From: Eledone cirrhosa | Lineage: Eukaryota | NCBI GenBank assembly: GCA_964016885.1 | Contig: OZ024740.1 | Coordinates: forward strand, 303,676,001 to 303,740,000 | Direction of reading: 5' to 3' | DNA: 64,000 bases | Part shown: one piece after another, positions 39,150-52,560 of the stretch | Numbering within the stretch: position 1 is the stretch's first letter | Layout of the letters: each line of letters starts with the position of its first letter | Program-made: the position numbers and the translations under genes | Notes under the pieces: generated by a model | What the model saw: the letters and a program-made list of their open reading frames with translations, nothing else | Told to the model about the DNA's origin: nothing | Database searches by the model: none

Positions 39150-40858
39150 CATCATAACATATAATATGTATGATGATTATGTTTCTCAATGGACGTTTGT
39201 CCAGAGCATCAATAATTCAAATTATAAGATAGATGTAAGATATAGAAGATATATATAAGGAAAAAGCCATATTTCCTTAGAGAAATACAGTATCTTGTAC
39301 ATATATATAAAGCATAATATATTTAGGAAAAAGTACCTACTTTCAGGTGGAAACAGGAACTTTTCCACCTTAAAGTATCTACTTTTTCCTAAATATATAT
39401 GTACAAAATACTATGTGTTTCTCTAATGTACAAAATACTGTGTTTCTCTAACAATATATGGCTCTTTCTTTATATATACATATCTCTCTATATATAAAAT
39501 TATTTGTCTCTCTGTCTGTGTCTGTTTCCTTATGCATTCTCAAACAGCTTGACTAAATCAAATCAAATTTTACAAGGTATTAAAACATGTAATTTTTATT
39601 TTCATTTGGATTAAAACAATATAACATTTTATCTAAATATTCTACTATAAACTATAAGTAAATAACATTTTATAACACGACGATGATGACATCACATTTT
39701 GTATATGAGTGTGTATATGTCTGTGTGTGTGTGTGTGTTTGCACATTTGTTACATACGTTAGGCCTCAGTAAGTTACATACACATACATTTTCACTTAAA
39801 TATTTAATCAGATACACAGAGAATTAAACATGTACACACATCTACAGATACATATTTTGGCTGCAAACTCTGCTAAGAGTATTGCAATCGCTTGTCAGAT
39901 TACAGAAAATGGTGCATCTTTAGGCTACAGCCAGCCACACGAACCTGTAACAGATCTTGAATAAGCAATGCCTGTGCTTTGAAGGTTTTTTTAAAATGGG
40001 GGAAAGGCCTTGCACTCAACCAATCCCACTCTCTGAGCATTGAAAACACTACCTGAAAAGGAAAACTGGTCAACATCATCGGATGCTTCTGAAGCCACAG
40101 GTTAGAAAGGTGTTGTGACAACAACTGGTGGCCTTTCACTCCCAGGTAAAAAAAAAAAAGACCTATTTGGATGCCCGTTATATCTGCTGAGTTCTTCCGC
40201 CCTTTGCCGGGTCTTGTATTTCATCCTGCAGGGAGTCCAAATATCATCCTCCTCGCCCAGCAAGCTTGGTGGGGTTGCTGGTTTAGTCGCATACATATAC
40301 ATATATGACAAGTGACAAGTATATGATAACTGACAAGTATGTGTGTGAGTGTATGTGAGGTTGAATTTAAGAGGCTTCAGTTTCCAGTCAAACTAAGTTT
40401 TGTTACTTCAATTAACAAATCTCAGGGTCAATCCCTCAAGGTAGTTGGACTTAATCTCTCTATGACATGTTTCTCCCACGGTCAACTCTGTGCTGACTGC
40501 TCACAAGTTGGAAGCAGCAACAATTTATTCATTTGGATACCAACAAAAAAATTACACAATGAATATTGTTTACCCTAAAGTGCTTCAAGATTGACAGATT
40601 TTCATTTCTAAATTCTATTATCATTACAATTTTGATATTTTTTTTATAAAATGTAGATATTTTGAAATAATTATGAGGGAAAAAATATATTTGCATATTT
40701 ATTGTTTACTAATCTGAATAAGAAAAGCAGTAACCCGAGCAACGCCGGGTCGTTCAGCTAGTATCTTATAATTTGAATTATTGATGCTCTGGACAAATGT
40801 TCATTGAGCTTTTCTACTGAGAAACATGATCATCATACATATTATATATGTTATGATA
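39150..40858. mobile_element. Palindromic fold-back element, centre ~39357, right arm interrupted by a Helitron
   Basis: gtccagagcatcaataattcaaattataagata is mirrored at 40762-40795; tttaggaaaaagta..aggtggaaa pairs with tttccacct..tactttttcctaaa. Confidence 0.75.
39483..40761 (+). mobile_element. Non-autonomous Helitron 1
   Basis: a|TCTCTCTATATATAAA start; Pif1-type helicase remnant RLQFPVKLSFVTSINKSQGQSL..FSHGQL; 3' hairpin acccg..cgggt and CTAG|t. Confidence 0.88.
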
Positions 40859-41514
40859 ATTTATCTTAGTTTAGTCTAAAACTTAATTACAGTGTTTTAT
40901 CGGCATGGTAAACATATTCTATCACTGTTTGTTTTATTCTTCGTTGTGCTAAAGAAATGATTCATTTAATAGAATTATTAAAATCAACAAAGTTGAAATT
41001 ACATTAATCCCCTTCTTCTATCATAGCAAGCACAGTTATCACAGCTTTTGACAAAAGTCACAATAATCAACCACATCGATCCAACAGTTAAGCTTTTCCA
41101 TAAAAACCAATACGTTGCATGTAACTATTGGTGTCACGCTTTATTTCTTTTCTTTCATATTTCCATCAATATTTTTAATGTTATTTATATAACTGTGAAT
41201 TTATTTATTGCCTATCATTCTATTAAATTATAAAATAAATTTTGAGAATACTGAATATTTTGACAAAGTATTTTGTACATACCTATAAAGCGTATCAAAT
41301 TTAGGGAAATAAGTATATATTTTAAGGTGGAAATTAAGAATGTGACAAATTGGTGGAGGAAGAGATATTTTATGACTTAAGCACCATATCATAAATCCAA
41401 CAAGTATTCGCCACGTTTTTCACTTTTATATCTTGTTTATGCTTCCCGTTGGCTTTCCTTTTTTTATTTGTCTGTCTATCGGTTATATTTTACGAGATCA
41501 ATAAGGAAGTTTAA

Positions 41515-41988
41515 CTCTTTAGTTACCAACCCGGCTATGAAATAAAAGTTTCCAATTTAGATTTAAATCTTCCAGTATAATCTCTCTCTCTATATAAAAT
41601 TCTTTGTCTCTCTGTGTGTCTTTTCCTTATGCATTCCCAAATGGCTTGACCAAATCAAATCAAGTTTTACAAGGTAAATAATAAATAGTATTAGACCCCG
41701 GGAGTGACAACATATAATATTTCATTTTCATTTGGATTAAAACAATATAACACTTTATCTGAAATAATGTACTATAGTCAACTTTAAGTAAACGGATATT
41801 TTCTAACACGATGACGACGTCACATTTTGTATATGAGTGTGTGTGCGTCTGCACGTTCGTTACGTACGTTACGCCTTAGTAAGTTACATACACACACATC
41901 TCACGTAAATACTTAATCAGATACACAGTGAATTAAACACACGATTCGGAAGCTGGTTTACTCACACAAACACACCCGTGCGCGCACG

Positions 41989-42023
<35 letters not shown>

Positions 42024-42034
42024 GTGCGCGCACG

Positions 42035-42073
<39 letters not shown>

Positions 42074-42844
42074 ATATACAATTATCTATATCGATATCTA
42101 TATCCATATCTACATATAATATAAAATATTGGAACTTCCATCACCCTTTTGAGAGATGTGGACCCGTTACTTCTATGCAACGGCACACACTGTACAGCCA
42201 GAAGGATGATGAACCATCTCATAGAGGTTACTATTCTTGGAGGCCTAAAGTAGAAACAATTATATTATTTAATAAAGGAGAAAAAGCATTTATTCTCAAG
42301 ATTCCTCTTATCCCTTCCTCTATTGAGTTACCATTAAAATTCTCAAGAATTCAGTTCCCTGTTAGAATCAGTTTTGCTATGACCATAAATAAAGATCAGG
42401 CTCAAAGTTTCAAAGTTGTAGAATTGAATACAGGAAATCGGTTTTTACTCATGGACAGTTATATGTAGATTGTTCACGAGTGGGAACACCTAGAAATCTT
42501 CATACACTATGCAAGACCGGTAAAACGAAGAATCTGGTGTATCTAGACGATTTTTTGGCTGTTTATTTTTTTGTAACACACACACACACACGCACACACC
42601 ATGGTCTCGCGTCATACTGTAAACCAGACAAACATCCAATACAGTCAGTTTCTCTTCTACCTGTCTTCTCTTATCATCTGTTTACCTGGGCGAAGCTGGG
42701 TACGTCAGCTAGTTTTATATAAGAACCTTACATTAAATTAATATCTTAGTAATTAAATAATTAAGATTTTAGTAAATCCCTCAAAATTCTTCATTAATTA
42801 ATTAAAATAGAGTCTATTTCATTAGAAATGCGGCCATGAAAGGG
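41515..42844. mobile_element. TTAA-flanked MITE (piggyBac-like ends) hosting Helitron 2
   Basis: ttaa|CTCTTT...AAAGGG|ttaa; uninterrupted paralog at 6281. Confidence 0.7.
41581..42712 (+). mobile_element. Non-autonomous Helitron 2
   Basis: a|TCTCTC start; RIQFPVRISFAMTINKDQAQSF; 3' hairpin acctgg..ctgggt and CTAG|t. The empty paralog shows A^T insertion with no target duplication. Confidence 0.9.
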
Positions 42845-43104
42845 TTAAGGTACCTTATGTTATTGTTGATATTAACTGTCACGAATGGTGACATCTTATC
42901 TCTCCCATAGATCTTTATGCTTGATTCTACCTAGCAATAGATTTAGCCGAGTTAATAACTGAACGTTTTTTTTTAACACATATATAAAGCAAATATTTTA
43001 TTATGCACAGTTGTATAAATAACATTACAAATTGTTTATAATTCTTAGAGAATATAAATATAAACACAGAATAAATGCAATTAAATAATATAAAAATATT
43101 AAAA

Positions 43105-46100
43105 CAATAACATCTCGACAACTACACTGCATAAAAGAATGTGCCTCGTCCCGAGTTTACACCAACACCATCAACACCGATGTAAGAAGATTACAGCTCA
43201 TCAAAAAGCAAGCAGATAGGCTAAAACGAACACTAATTCTAAACATAAAAAAGAAGATCTATAGAGAATTAAGTCATCAAGAAAAACATAAGCGTAACCT
43301 AATACAAGAAATAACTAAGATCACCACACCAAGAGAAAAACTAATACGTCCTGAAGAACAGTACATTGTTCAAGAATGTGATAAGCACTTTAACAAGAAA
43401 CTAAAGTGGCTTAAACAGATAAAACTAAATCAAGATACTTTAGAGAATACCAATAGATATCCCGACAAAATTGACGGTACAAATATGGCCGACATCTCAT
43501 TAACAGATGAGTTCAACAACAACAACACATATATACGGCAACACTACGGTCGACTCTGATGAATTACCTGTATTACAACTACCACCTAAGTATGCCACAT
43601 TCAAGAAGATAAATATGATTAGATGTTTGTCAGAAATAGAAAAATCATTTACAAAAACAAAACAAAAACAAAAACAAAAGTAAAAACATACGCACACACT
43701 TATACAACACACATCCCAACAACAACAGACACACAGACACAAACAACAATAACAATAACACACACACAACAATAATAACATACACGGAGACAACAACAAC
43801 ACACATCAACAACAGCACACATCAACAACAACAACCACACATTCAATGCCTCTCACCACCACCACAATCTTAACAAACACACAGACACAGAAAACAGGTA
43901 ATGGCAGTAGCACAGAAATAAGGGAAGGTAATAGGATTGAAAGAAGAAGGGAGACTATGGACAGAGAAAATAACCAAGACGAACACACAGACACACAAAA
44001 TAGAGTAGATAATAACAATGAGCCAGAGGAAAGAGACAGGAGTAACAATGAGAGACATAGAAACAACCATGAGGCTGTTGGTGGAAATAGAAATAGAAAC
44101 AACACAACTAACAATAACAATAGCACTAGTACACATAAAGCAGCAGCCTGGAACTCTACTTTTTATAATCCCTCCGATAAGTCGTTCGACCTGCGATGAG
44201 TCCACGCCACGACTTTAGCTTTTAACAAACGCACGCAATTGCCGTCGCAGGTCGATGAACAAACAGAAGCACAATTTAGTATAGCTAGATCTAAACTTAG
44301 AAATATTATAGAACAGTATAGCAAGAAGCATAATAGAATGGAGGCCCAGCAACTGGGAGAAAAATCTGCAAATGGCTTGCGTAAGCTCATGCAGCGCTCG
44401 CGTAATGGAGAGATAGCATGCTTTCCAACAGACAAGTCTGGCAGAATGTCGGTTGACAGTCTGCCAAACTACATTCAGGCAATGCAACCCCACATCACTA
44501 ACACAAGAGAAGTAACACCACAAGAGCATGAGAATAGAGAAAAAGCCCTCAATGCCCATATGGTGATGTGGACAAATATAATGCAGCCCAACAAAAGGAC
44601 TGCCAACAACTTCCAGGCCTGGAACAGTGACGTGCCAGCGTTGTATGGGCTTCGAAAAGACCATAAAACGAGCAGTGACCCTGTCACAGGACCACCAACA
44701 CGGCCAGTCTGTGGAGCTAACATTGCTAGTAACTACAGACAGTCCTACTTCCTCTCCCTGATCATACGCCCCATCATTGAAATGTCCCCAGATGTATGTG
44801 GCAGCACGAAGGACCTCCACAGCAGAATCGGCGAGAGTAACGGATCTAGGGACCTAACAAACTGCATAATAGGTAGTATGGATGTTGTGTCCTTGTATCC
44901 ATCTATTGACGTGAATTTTGCTGTGGAGAAATGCGTAGAAATGATCAGTGAGAGCAATGTTGAATTCCGTGGGATTGATACCAGTGAGCTGGGACTCCTA
45001 CTTAAACTTACCTATAGTAATAATTATCTAGATACATATGACCTTAGCAACCTGTGCTCTACAACACCAGCAAGAGGCAGACCACCTACCATTACCTCAA
45101 TGGCCAAGAAAACCCACACAGATAGATGGAACGGGTGGACCAGAGCCATACGGACCCCCGAAAACCACGATGAACTAAAGAAAATGATTGCACATGCGGT
45201 GGGGGCCAGCATAAAATTAACCCTTAAGGAACATATGTTCAAATTTAATGGAAAAACATATGCCCAAGAGGAGGGAGCAGCCATTGGTGTTAGCATTGCA
45301 GGCGACATAGCTAACCTATTTATGGTATGGTGGGACAGTAGACTTAAACTTAAACTTAAAGAACAATTAGAAGACCCCTCAACCCTAATAATGTACTCCC
45401 GCTACGTTGATGATATAAACATCGTAGTAAAAACATCCCCACTAGAGAACAGTCAGGAATTAGAGAAAAACACAATGGAAAGCATCCAGCAAATAGCTAA
45501 CTCCATCCACCAGAGTATTAGAGTTACTATAGACTACCCAAGCAAACACCCCAACCATCGATTACCTGTACTATACACAGAGCTCTGGTTAGATACCATT
45601 AATAATAAAAAAAAAAACAAATCCTCCATTCCCATTATGCCAAACCCATGACTTCCAAATATCTGATCCACCGAAACTCAGCTGTTTCGGACCATACCAA
45701 AATCAACATACTGATTGCGGATTTGGTACGGGTGATGAGAAACGTATCCCGCATGTGCAACCCGAAGAACTAGAGAGACACATACAACACTTCATCCACC
45801 GTATGCAGTTCTCTGGTTACAATCAGAGAGATAAAATCAGAGTGTATAGAGGAGCCAGAACCAAATGGGAAAAAATGGTAAATAATGACACAAATGGGAC
45901 CTGCCCCTTGTATAGGAGCAAATTTTGGAATAGAATAGAAAGAACTAGGAATAAGGCTAATAGAATAAACTCATGGTATGATAGCAATAAATACCAGAGT
46001 GTAATGTTCATCGATACAACCCCTAGAGGTGAATTAGCTTACAAATTTAGAAGGGCCCTAGATAAACATAAACTCAATATTAAGATAGTAGAAAGACCAG

Positions 46101-46870
46101 GTACCTCCATAAAAACACTTATTAGCAAGACATACCCTTTTCAAAGACCCCCCTGTATAGATAAGAAATGTATAACCTGTAAATTAAGCCCCCATATTAA
46201 CTGTAAAACTAGAAATGTAGTATATAGCATGAGATGTACTGAAGGACAATGTAGAGACAAAAATATAGTGTACATAGGTGAGACAGCTCGTAGTATAGGG
46301 GAACGGATAAATGAACACTGGCGAGACCTTCAAGATAGTAAAGAATCATCTGTACTCTACCAACATGCTAAAATAGAACATAATGGTAAATTAGAGAACA
46401 TAGAAATAAAAATAGAATCTACACACAGAAAAGACGCAATGTTTAGACAAATCACAGAGGCAATAAACATAAAAGAATTACAACCAAAATTAAATAGAAA
46501 ACATGAGTGGAACAGCAACATCACAACTTACAATTAAGGACAAAATGAAAACACACACGCACATAGAACAACCAACCAACCTGTAACATGTAAATAAACA
46601 AATAAATAAACGAATATAAACACACACAGACACCCGGATGTGGCGCATGCGCAGATTGAGCACACAACACACACACACACAGAAACAAGATGGCGTAGGA
46701 CAGAACAAAGGAGTGGCACAAAAACAAAGAAAAGAATCCCCAGTCACTGAAGAGGTCACAGAATGTGTGACGAAAGAACTTTGACTATATATAAACAACC
46801 ATCTGGTTGTGGAACCAACCAACCAACAGGAAATTTATAAATTCCTAAATTTATTATAATAAATTGAAGT
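43105..46870 (+). mobile_element. Penelope-like retroelement (RT + C-terminal GIY-YIG), disrupted
   Basis: PTDKSG, SMDVVSLYPSI, GAAIG, SRYVDD; Cys linker CIDKKCITC..C; VYIGETARSIGERINEH. In-frame TGA at 44197; frameshifts at A11 (45607-45617) and ~45760. Confidence 0.92.
46742..46786 (+). ncRNA. Minimal type-I hammerhead ribozyme in the Penelope 3' terminal repeat
   Basis: agtca-CTGAAGA-g-gtcaca(gaatg)tgtgac-GAAA-gaac-TT-tgact. Stems I and II and the core are intact; stem III is minimal. Confidence 0.75.
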
Positions 46871-46931
46871 GAAAGAAACTGGTGCGTGTGTTTCTTATTG
46901 GCAACATGACCCTCCCAAAGTATAACAATAA

Positions 46932-47324
46932 TATAATTGTTTCTACTTTAGGCACACGGCCAGCAATAATCCAGTGCATTACTGGTACTTTATTTTATCG
47001 ACCCCGTAAGGATGAAAGGCAAAGTCAACCTCGGTGGGATTTGAACTCAGATCGTAAAGGGACGTAACTATGCTGGAAAGCATGGCGTCCGACCCTCTAC
47101 CGATACTGCCAATCCACCATCTTAAATAATATAATTGTTTCTACTTTGGGCACAAGGCCAGCAATTACTCAGTGTATTACTGGTACTTTATTTTATCGAC
47201 CCCATAAGGATGAAAGGCAAAGTTAACCTCGGCAGGATTTGAACTCAGAATGGCAAGGGTCGTAACTCTATGCGTCAAAGCATGTCGTCCGACCCCCCTA
47301 CCGATACTGCCAATCCACCGCCCT
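46932..47324 (-). mobile_element. Tandem pair of Meta-like SINEs
   Basis: Two consecutive reverse-complement consensus copies. Confidence 0.8.
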
Positions 47325-48648
47325 TAATCTTAAATAATATAATGATCAATATACAGCGATTGTAAAAACTTCATACTAGTCTAGATATATGCTGTTAGCT
47401 TAACTCAGTAAGACTTCTTTTAAGTGAAGTATTCAATTATGTGAAGTATCTCAGTTTTTTTGGGGGGTGGGGGTGGGGGTGGGGGTGGGGGCAACAAATG
47501 GCCTTGAAGTGTGATTCCATTAACAACTTAAGATACAGCTAGGAAGCAACATTTTAAGGTCTGAATTGAAACTGTTTTAGGCCTTTTGCGTCGTCTCCGA
47601 CACTCCCTGCAGAGCAAGCCAATAGTCCAACTCGTATCCTACACAGTCCAGTGTTATGACAAAATTTTCAAACCAAATCATTATGAAGAAGTATGATGTC
47701 ATAGGCATCGTTAGACTGAAAACAGCATTCTTCAAGTCACAAGAACATTTTTTTAATGTAGAAAGCAATTCAACAGTGAACCGTCAATTCGTAATACATC
47801 TTTCTTAAACAGCCGGCAAAAAAAAAAAAACGTTCATATCATCATGTATATTTCCAGATCGTTTGATATTCATCAGCCCAAGTTATTAACTCATCAATCA
47901 CGAATAATCTATGGTGAAGCAAACTCATCCTAACGGAAACCAACATTACTTTTCTATTTATTTCTTTTTTTCAGTTACAACCACACAAACCGTCTAAAAA
48001 TCTTTCGTGAATTAAAAAAAATGTTTTGAACATGCGCTACATTCCCTTGGTGGTAGCTTATATAACCGCAACGCAAATCTTCTCAGATATCTTATTAGAG
48101 TCCATTAAAACATAACATGCTAACCTCCATAGAGGCCTCATAAAATAAATATAATCATGCATCATAAATACTATAACCGAAACTCGAAACTAATATGAAA
48201 CGAATACACATTAGAAATGCAGGAATTCAAAATCATAAACAACAATGTGAAATATATTAATACAATGATTTTTAGTTTAACTACTACTTTACTGGTACTT
48301 TATTTTATCGAGCTGGAAAGGATGAAAGGCAAAATTAACCTCGTAAAGGCCCGTAACTAAATGCTGAAAGGTATTTTGTCCAATGTTCTAATAACCATAT
48401 AAATATGCAAGTGTGGTTGTGCAGTTAAGAAGTCTGATTTATAAGGACGTGATTCTAAGTTTCAATCCACTGCGCGACATCTCGGGCAAAAGTGCTTTAC
48501 TGTAGACTCGGGTTGATACCTTGTGAGTGGAATTTGGTTGTGAGGAGGCTTGTCGTATACATATATATTATTAGTACAGGTTAAGAATTTAAGCAAAACA
48601 TGTTCACCCTCAACGGAAACTGATATAAAAACATATGTGTGTGTGTAT

Positions 48649-48988
48649 GCGTGCATGGCTTAGTAGTTACAGCGTTGGGCTTGCAATCGTGAGGTTGTGA
48701 GTTCGATTCTTGGATGGTGCGTTGTGTCCTTCAGCAAAATACTTTATTTCACTTGCTCCACTTTACGCAGCTGTAGAAATGAGTTGCGATGTCACTGGTG
48801 CCAAGCTCTGTCAACCATTGTCCCTTGGATAACATCGGTGGCGTGGAGAGGGGAAACTGGTATGCATGGGCGACTGCTGGTCTTCCATAAACAACCTTGC
48901 CCGGACATGGGCTTCGTCAGCGGAACTTTCTAGGCGCGAATTCCATGGTCATTCGTGACCGAAGGGGGTTTTCCTCTTTTTACCTTTT
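48649..48988 (+). mobile_element. CORE-like tRNA SINE
   Basis: Paralog of 3529-3857. Confidence 0.75.
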
Positions 48989-49466
48989 GTAACTACTCCA
49001 AGGATTACTGATCACGGAACTATCAAAGGACAACCCTACGATCGACCTACTGAAGTAAACATCTTGTTGAGTCAACCACGACTGTATACTGACACACCCC
49101 TCGTTATAGGCTACTCTAACCCTGAACTAGGGAAATCGAAAACGATATCTCATATCTATATATATAGAGAGAGAGAGAGCGAGAGAGAGAGAGAGCAATG
49201 AATTATTTAATGTGTTGGTTATTCAACAAATTTAGTTTATAACAGATTCGAAGCACTCTACAGTTTTCTTCTGGAGTATAATATGAATAAATGGAAACTA
49301 TCTTTATAAAACCATATTTATTTTATTATATTTATTTCAGGGGTACTAAAATTTTGGATACTGTCTCATCAGATAAAATACAAAAGTTGTTTTATAGATA
49401 GTGACATATCCCAAAACAAGAACTTATCGTTTTAAGTTCTGTTTGAATAGTATAGATAGATAGATA

Positions 49467-50719
49467 TGTTTCTTTATTAGCCACAGGGGCACAAAAGAAG
49501 GGGACAAATACAAAGGGGGAAGTTTACATACAATAAAAACGTGTAAAATATTATCACAAATGCAATTTAATAATTAGTCGATTTGACCAAATAGGGGTAG
49601 ACAGTTCATATGGGTAACACATACCCCCGAAAAAATGTGCAACCCTCATCTCCAGGAGTACGAAGAGTTTGTACTCCTTTCCTCTCCTCCTCCTTTTTCT
49701 CAACCTACAGGCTGATATAGAGAGAAGGCCCATTCACTCGGGCCATTCTCGTCACTTTCACCCACCTTTCATAAAACTTGCTGGGGTACAGCACCTCTCT
49801 CTCCATCCTGATTCTTCTTCCAAAGTGGTATTTGAAAAATATAATCAGTTGTTGGCCGGAGAGAAAGGTGTCTGAAATTCCATCCAGAGGCACACGTTGG
49901 GGTATTTTAGCTATCCGTTCTGGCCTCATTTGGACCAGAACTTCCATGCTTGTACCATTGAATGTGCCTCTGGAGGACTTTCCCACCGAAATGATGGTGT
50001 CTTCGTCGAAATCGATGAAGCCAGTTAAAATCCACCAGACGTTTACATTTGGTGCAATGTTCGAAATTTTTATCTTTTGTGTTCTTTTTCCCATATATGT
50101 GGGGAAAAAGATGTAAAGGGGGGGGGGGGGGACAATAAGCGAAACAGAATATTTTTGTGCTGTCAATTGGTCTTTCAACAACACCAAAATACTTCCAAAA
50201 AGTTTCCCTTTTGTTTTAGAACAGTTTCTCTGCGTAATTGTTGAGGAGAGTGATGCTGAAAGCACCCCTCTCACCAAAAGTTACGTACTGTTTTGCATCG
50301 CTTAACATTTCCCTAGCATTGGAAATGTCAAGGTATGTGAACAGTTCCGTCTTTTGGACGGTTTGAGCAAAGGAAATTTTTTCCTTGTTCGTGGAGTTGT
50401 TCGTGTTGCTGTTGTTGTTGTTGGTGTTGTTGTTATCATTATTGCTGTTGTTGTTGTCATTATTGTTGTTCTGGTTGGTGTTTATATTTTGCATGTTATT
50501 GGTATTTGTGTTAGTGTTGATGTTACAATCAACGTCCGACATCGTGTTTTCAAAACTGACGACATTTTCGATGTCTTTCAATGAGGTGGTGAGAGGAGGT
50601 GACTGCGAGCTTAACACTCATACCGCCTTTCCACCACTTCTAGTACTGAACGCAGCAGCGTCCATGACTGAATGCAAGATTTGTTTACAATTTTTTCACC
50701 GGCGAGATTTTTTCCAAAC
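49467..50719 (-). mobile_element. Tx1/L1-group LINE copy D, internally deleted (ORF1 5' part fused to ORF2 end and 3'UTR)
   Basis: KISFAQT..DAKQY and FFPTYMGKRTQ match ORF1 of copy A; junction to the ORF2 tail at ~49875; (GATA)n on both sides. Confidence 0.85.
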
Positions 50720-50739
50720 GATAGATAAATAGATAGAGA

Positions 50740-52560
50740 TGTTTCTTTATTAGCCAAAGGGGCACAAAAGAAGGGGACAAATACAAAGGGGGAAGTTTAC
50801 ATACAATAAAAACGTGTAAAATATTATCACAAATGCAATTTAATAATTAGTCGATTTGACCAAATAGGGGTAGACAGTTCATATGGGTAACACATACCCC
50901 CGAAAAAATGTGCAACCCTCATCTCCAGGAGTACGAAGAGTTTGTACTCCTTTCCTCTCCTCCTCCTTTTTCTCAACCTACAGGCTGATATAGAGAGAAG
51001 GCCCATTCACTCGGGCCATTCTCGTCACTTTCACCCACCTTTCATAAAACTTGCTGGGGTACAGCACCTCTCTCTCTCCATCCTGATTCTTCTTCCAAAG
51101 TGGTATTTGAAAAATATAATCAGTTGTTGGCCGGAGAGAAAGGTGTCTGACCTCAGCCCTTTCAACCTTGTCCACCATACAACCTCTTTCGCCATAGCTA
51201 TCACACAAAGGAAAACCGCATCTTCTTCGTTTCTGAAGGAGGGTGGCGGTTTGATCATGACAATGAACTGGGTGGTCAACCGGATTGGTGCCACCCGAGA
51301 CAATAGTCGTTCTACATAGCCCCACAGGTCGGTAATGCCCGGGTAGTGTACGAATGCGTGCGCGACGGTTTCTTCGTCTCGCATGCATCTCGGACAGATC
51401 CTTTTCGAAGGGTCCCTGCCCGAGCGCCCGTGTCTGTAGAGCTTGTCTTGAACTGGTAGAGCTCCTCGGTAGCAGTGCCAAGCCAGGACTTTTGGAAGTT
51501 GTCCATCGATCCCGGGCGGAAGGTCCTACCGAACAGACTGGCCAGTTCATCTTCCTCTACGCCTAAAGTTTCACCGAGCGTGTCGTCGCACTTGCTGCGG
51601 ACCAACCCTCTATAGAATGACGAAGCAGAGTCTCCACTGATCGCCGGGTCCGCCTGCCATAGGGCTGTGAGCGCCTGAGCACATTCGATGTGCCAGTCGC
51701 CCATTTTCCTCGGTCTTTGCTTGACCCAGGACTGCAGCTCGGTCAGCGAGACGAGTTGTGGGAAGGCTCGCCTCACGAACCGGTTGTCCGGTGAGGAATA
51801 CGTGGAGGTGCCGCAGCCTGAGCGCGTGTTTGCGGATCGTCAGCCACGGCATCCCCAGCCCTCCGCTGGAAGGGTGTTGGCAGCAGATGGATCTTCTCAC
51901 CAAAGGAGCCCGCTTCTTCCAAAGGAATTGGAAGAGCGCGCGCTCCAATTTGGTGAGCGTTTTGGCTGGACAAGGCACGACGGTCAAGCGGTAGTAGATG
52001 ACGGACGCTATAAAAGTGTTCGCCACCTCCGCTCGACCTTTCAAGGATAGTTTGCACTCGGCCCACTTCTGGGTGAGTGCAAATACCTTGGCCGTCACCT
52101 CGTTCCAGTTCTTCTCCACCTGGAGGTCCGGACCAAACCAGACCCCGAGCAGCTTTACCTGTCCTTCCGTCCAGCGTCTGACGACGCCATCGGAAAGCAT
52201 CGATTTGCCTCTCCACGATCCGCGTTGCAAACCGATGGACTTGTCCCGGTTCATCTTCGCTCTTGTGAACATTTCGTATTCCTTCAGTAAGGTGCCGACT
52301 TCCTCGATTTGCGAGGCGCTCGACACCATTACTGTTACGTCGTCGGCGTAGACCGACGCCGCTTTCCTGCAGTCCCGGTTCCAGAGGGATGCCCTGCAAT
52401 AGCTCTAACTTCCACAGTAGTGGCTCGAGAGTCAGTACGTACAGAACGGAGGAGAGAGGGCATCCCTGTCGAATGGATCGCGTGATATGGAACGGCTCTG
52501 AGAGGTTGCCGTTCACCTTGACCCTTGAGCATATGTTGCTGTTGTGCATTGCAGCAATCC
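50740..52560 (-). mobile_element. Tx1/L1-group LINE copy C, 5'-truncated and frameshifted
   Basis: IRQGCPLS, YADD-region and C-terminal ORF2 pieces; 3'UTR nearly identical to copy D. Confidence 0.9.

Noticed and set aside
44197-44199. Selenocysteine or readthrough TGA in the Penelope ORF
   Set aside because: The element has other frameshifts, CGA>TGA decay is the simpler explanation, and I recognised no SECIS.
49334-49375. Minus-strand hammerhead (CTGATGAG...GAAA)
   Set aside because: Stems II and I do not pair convincingly.
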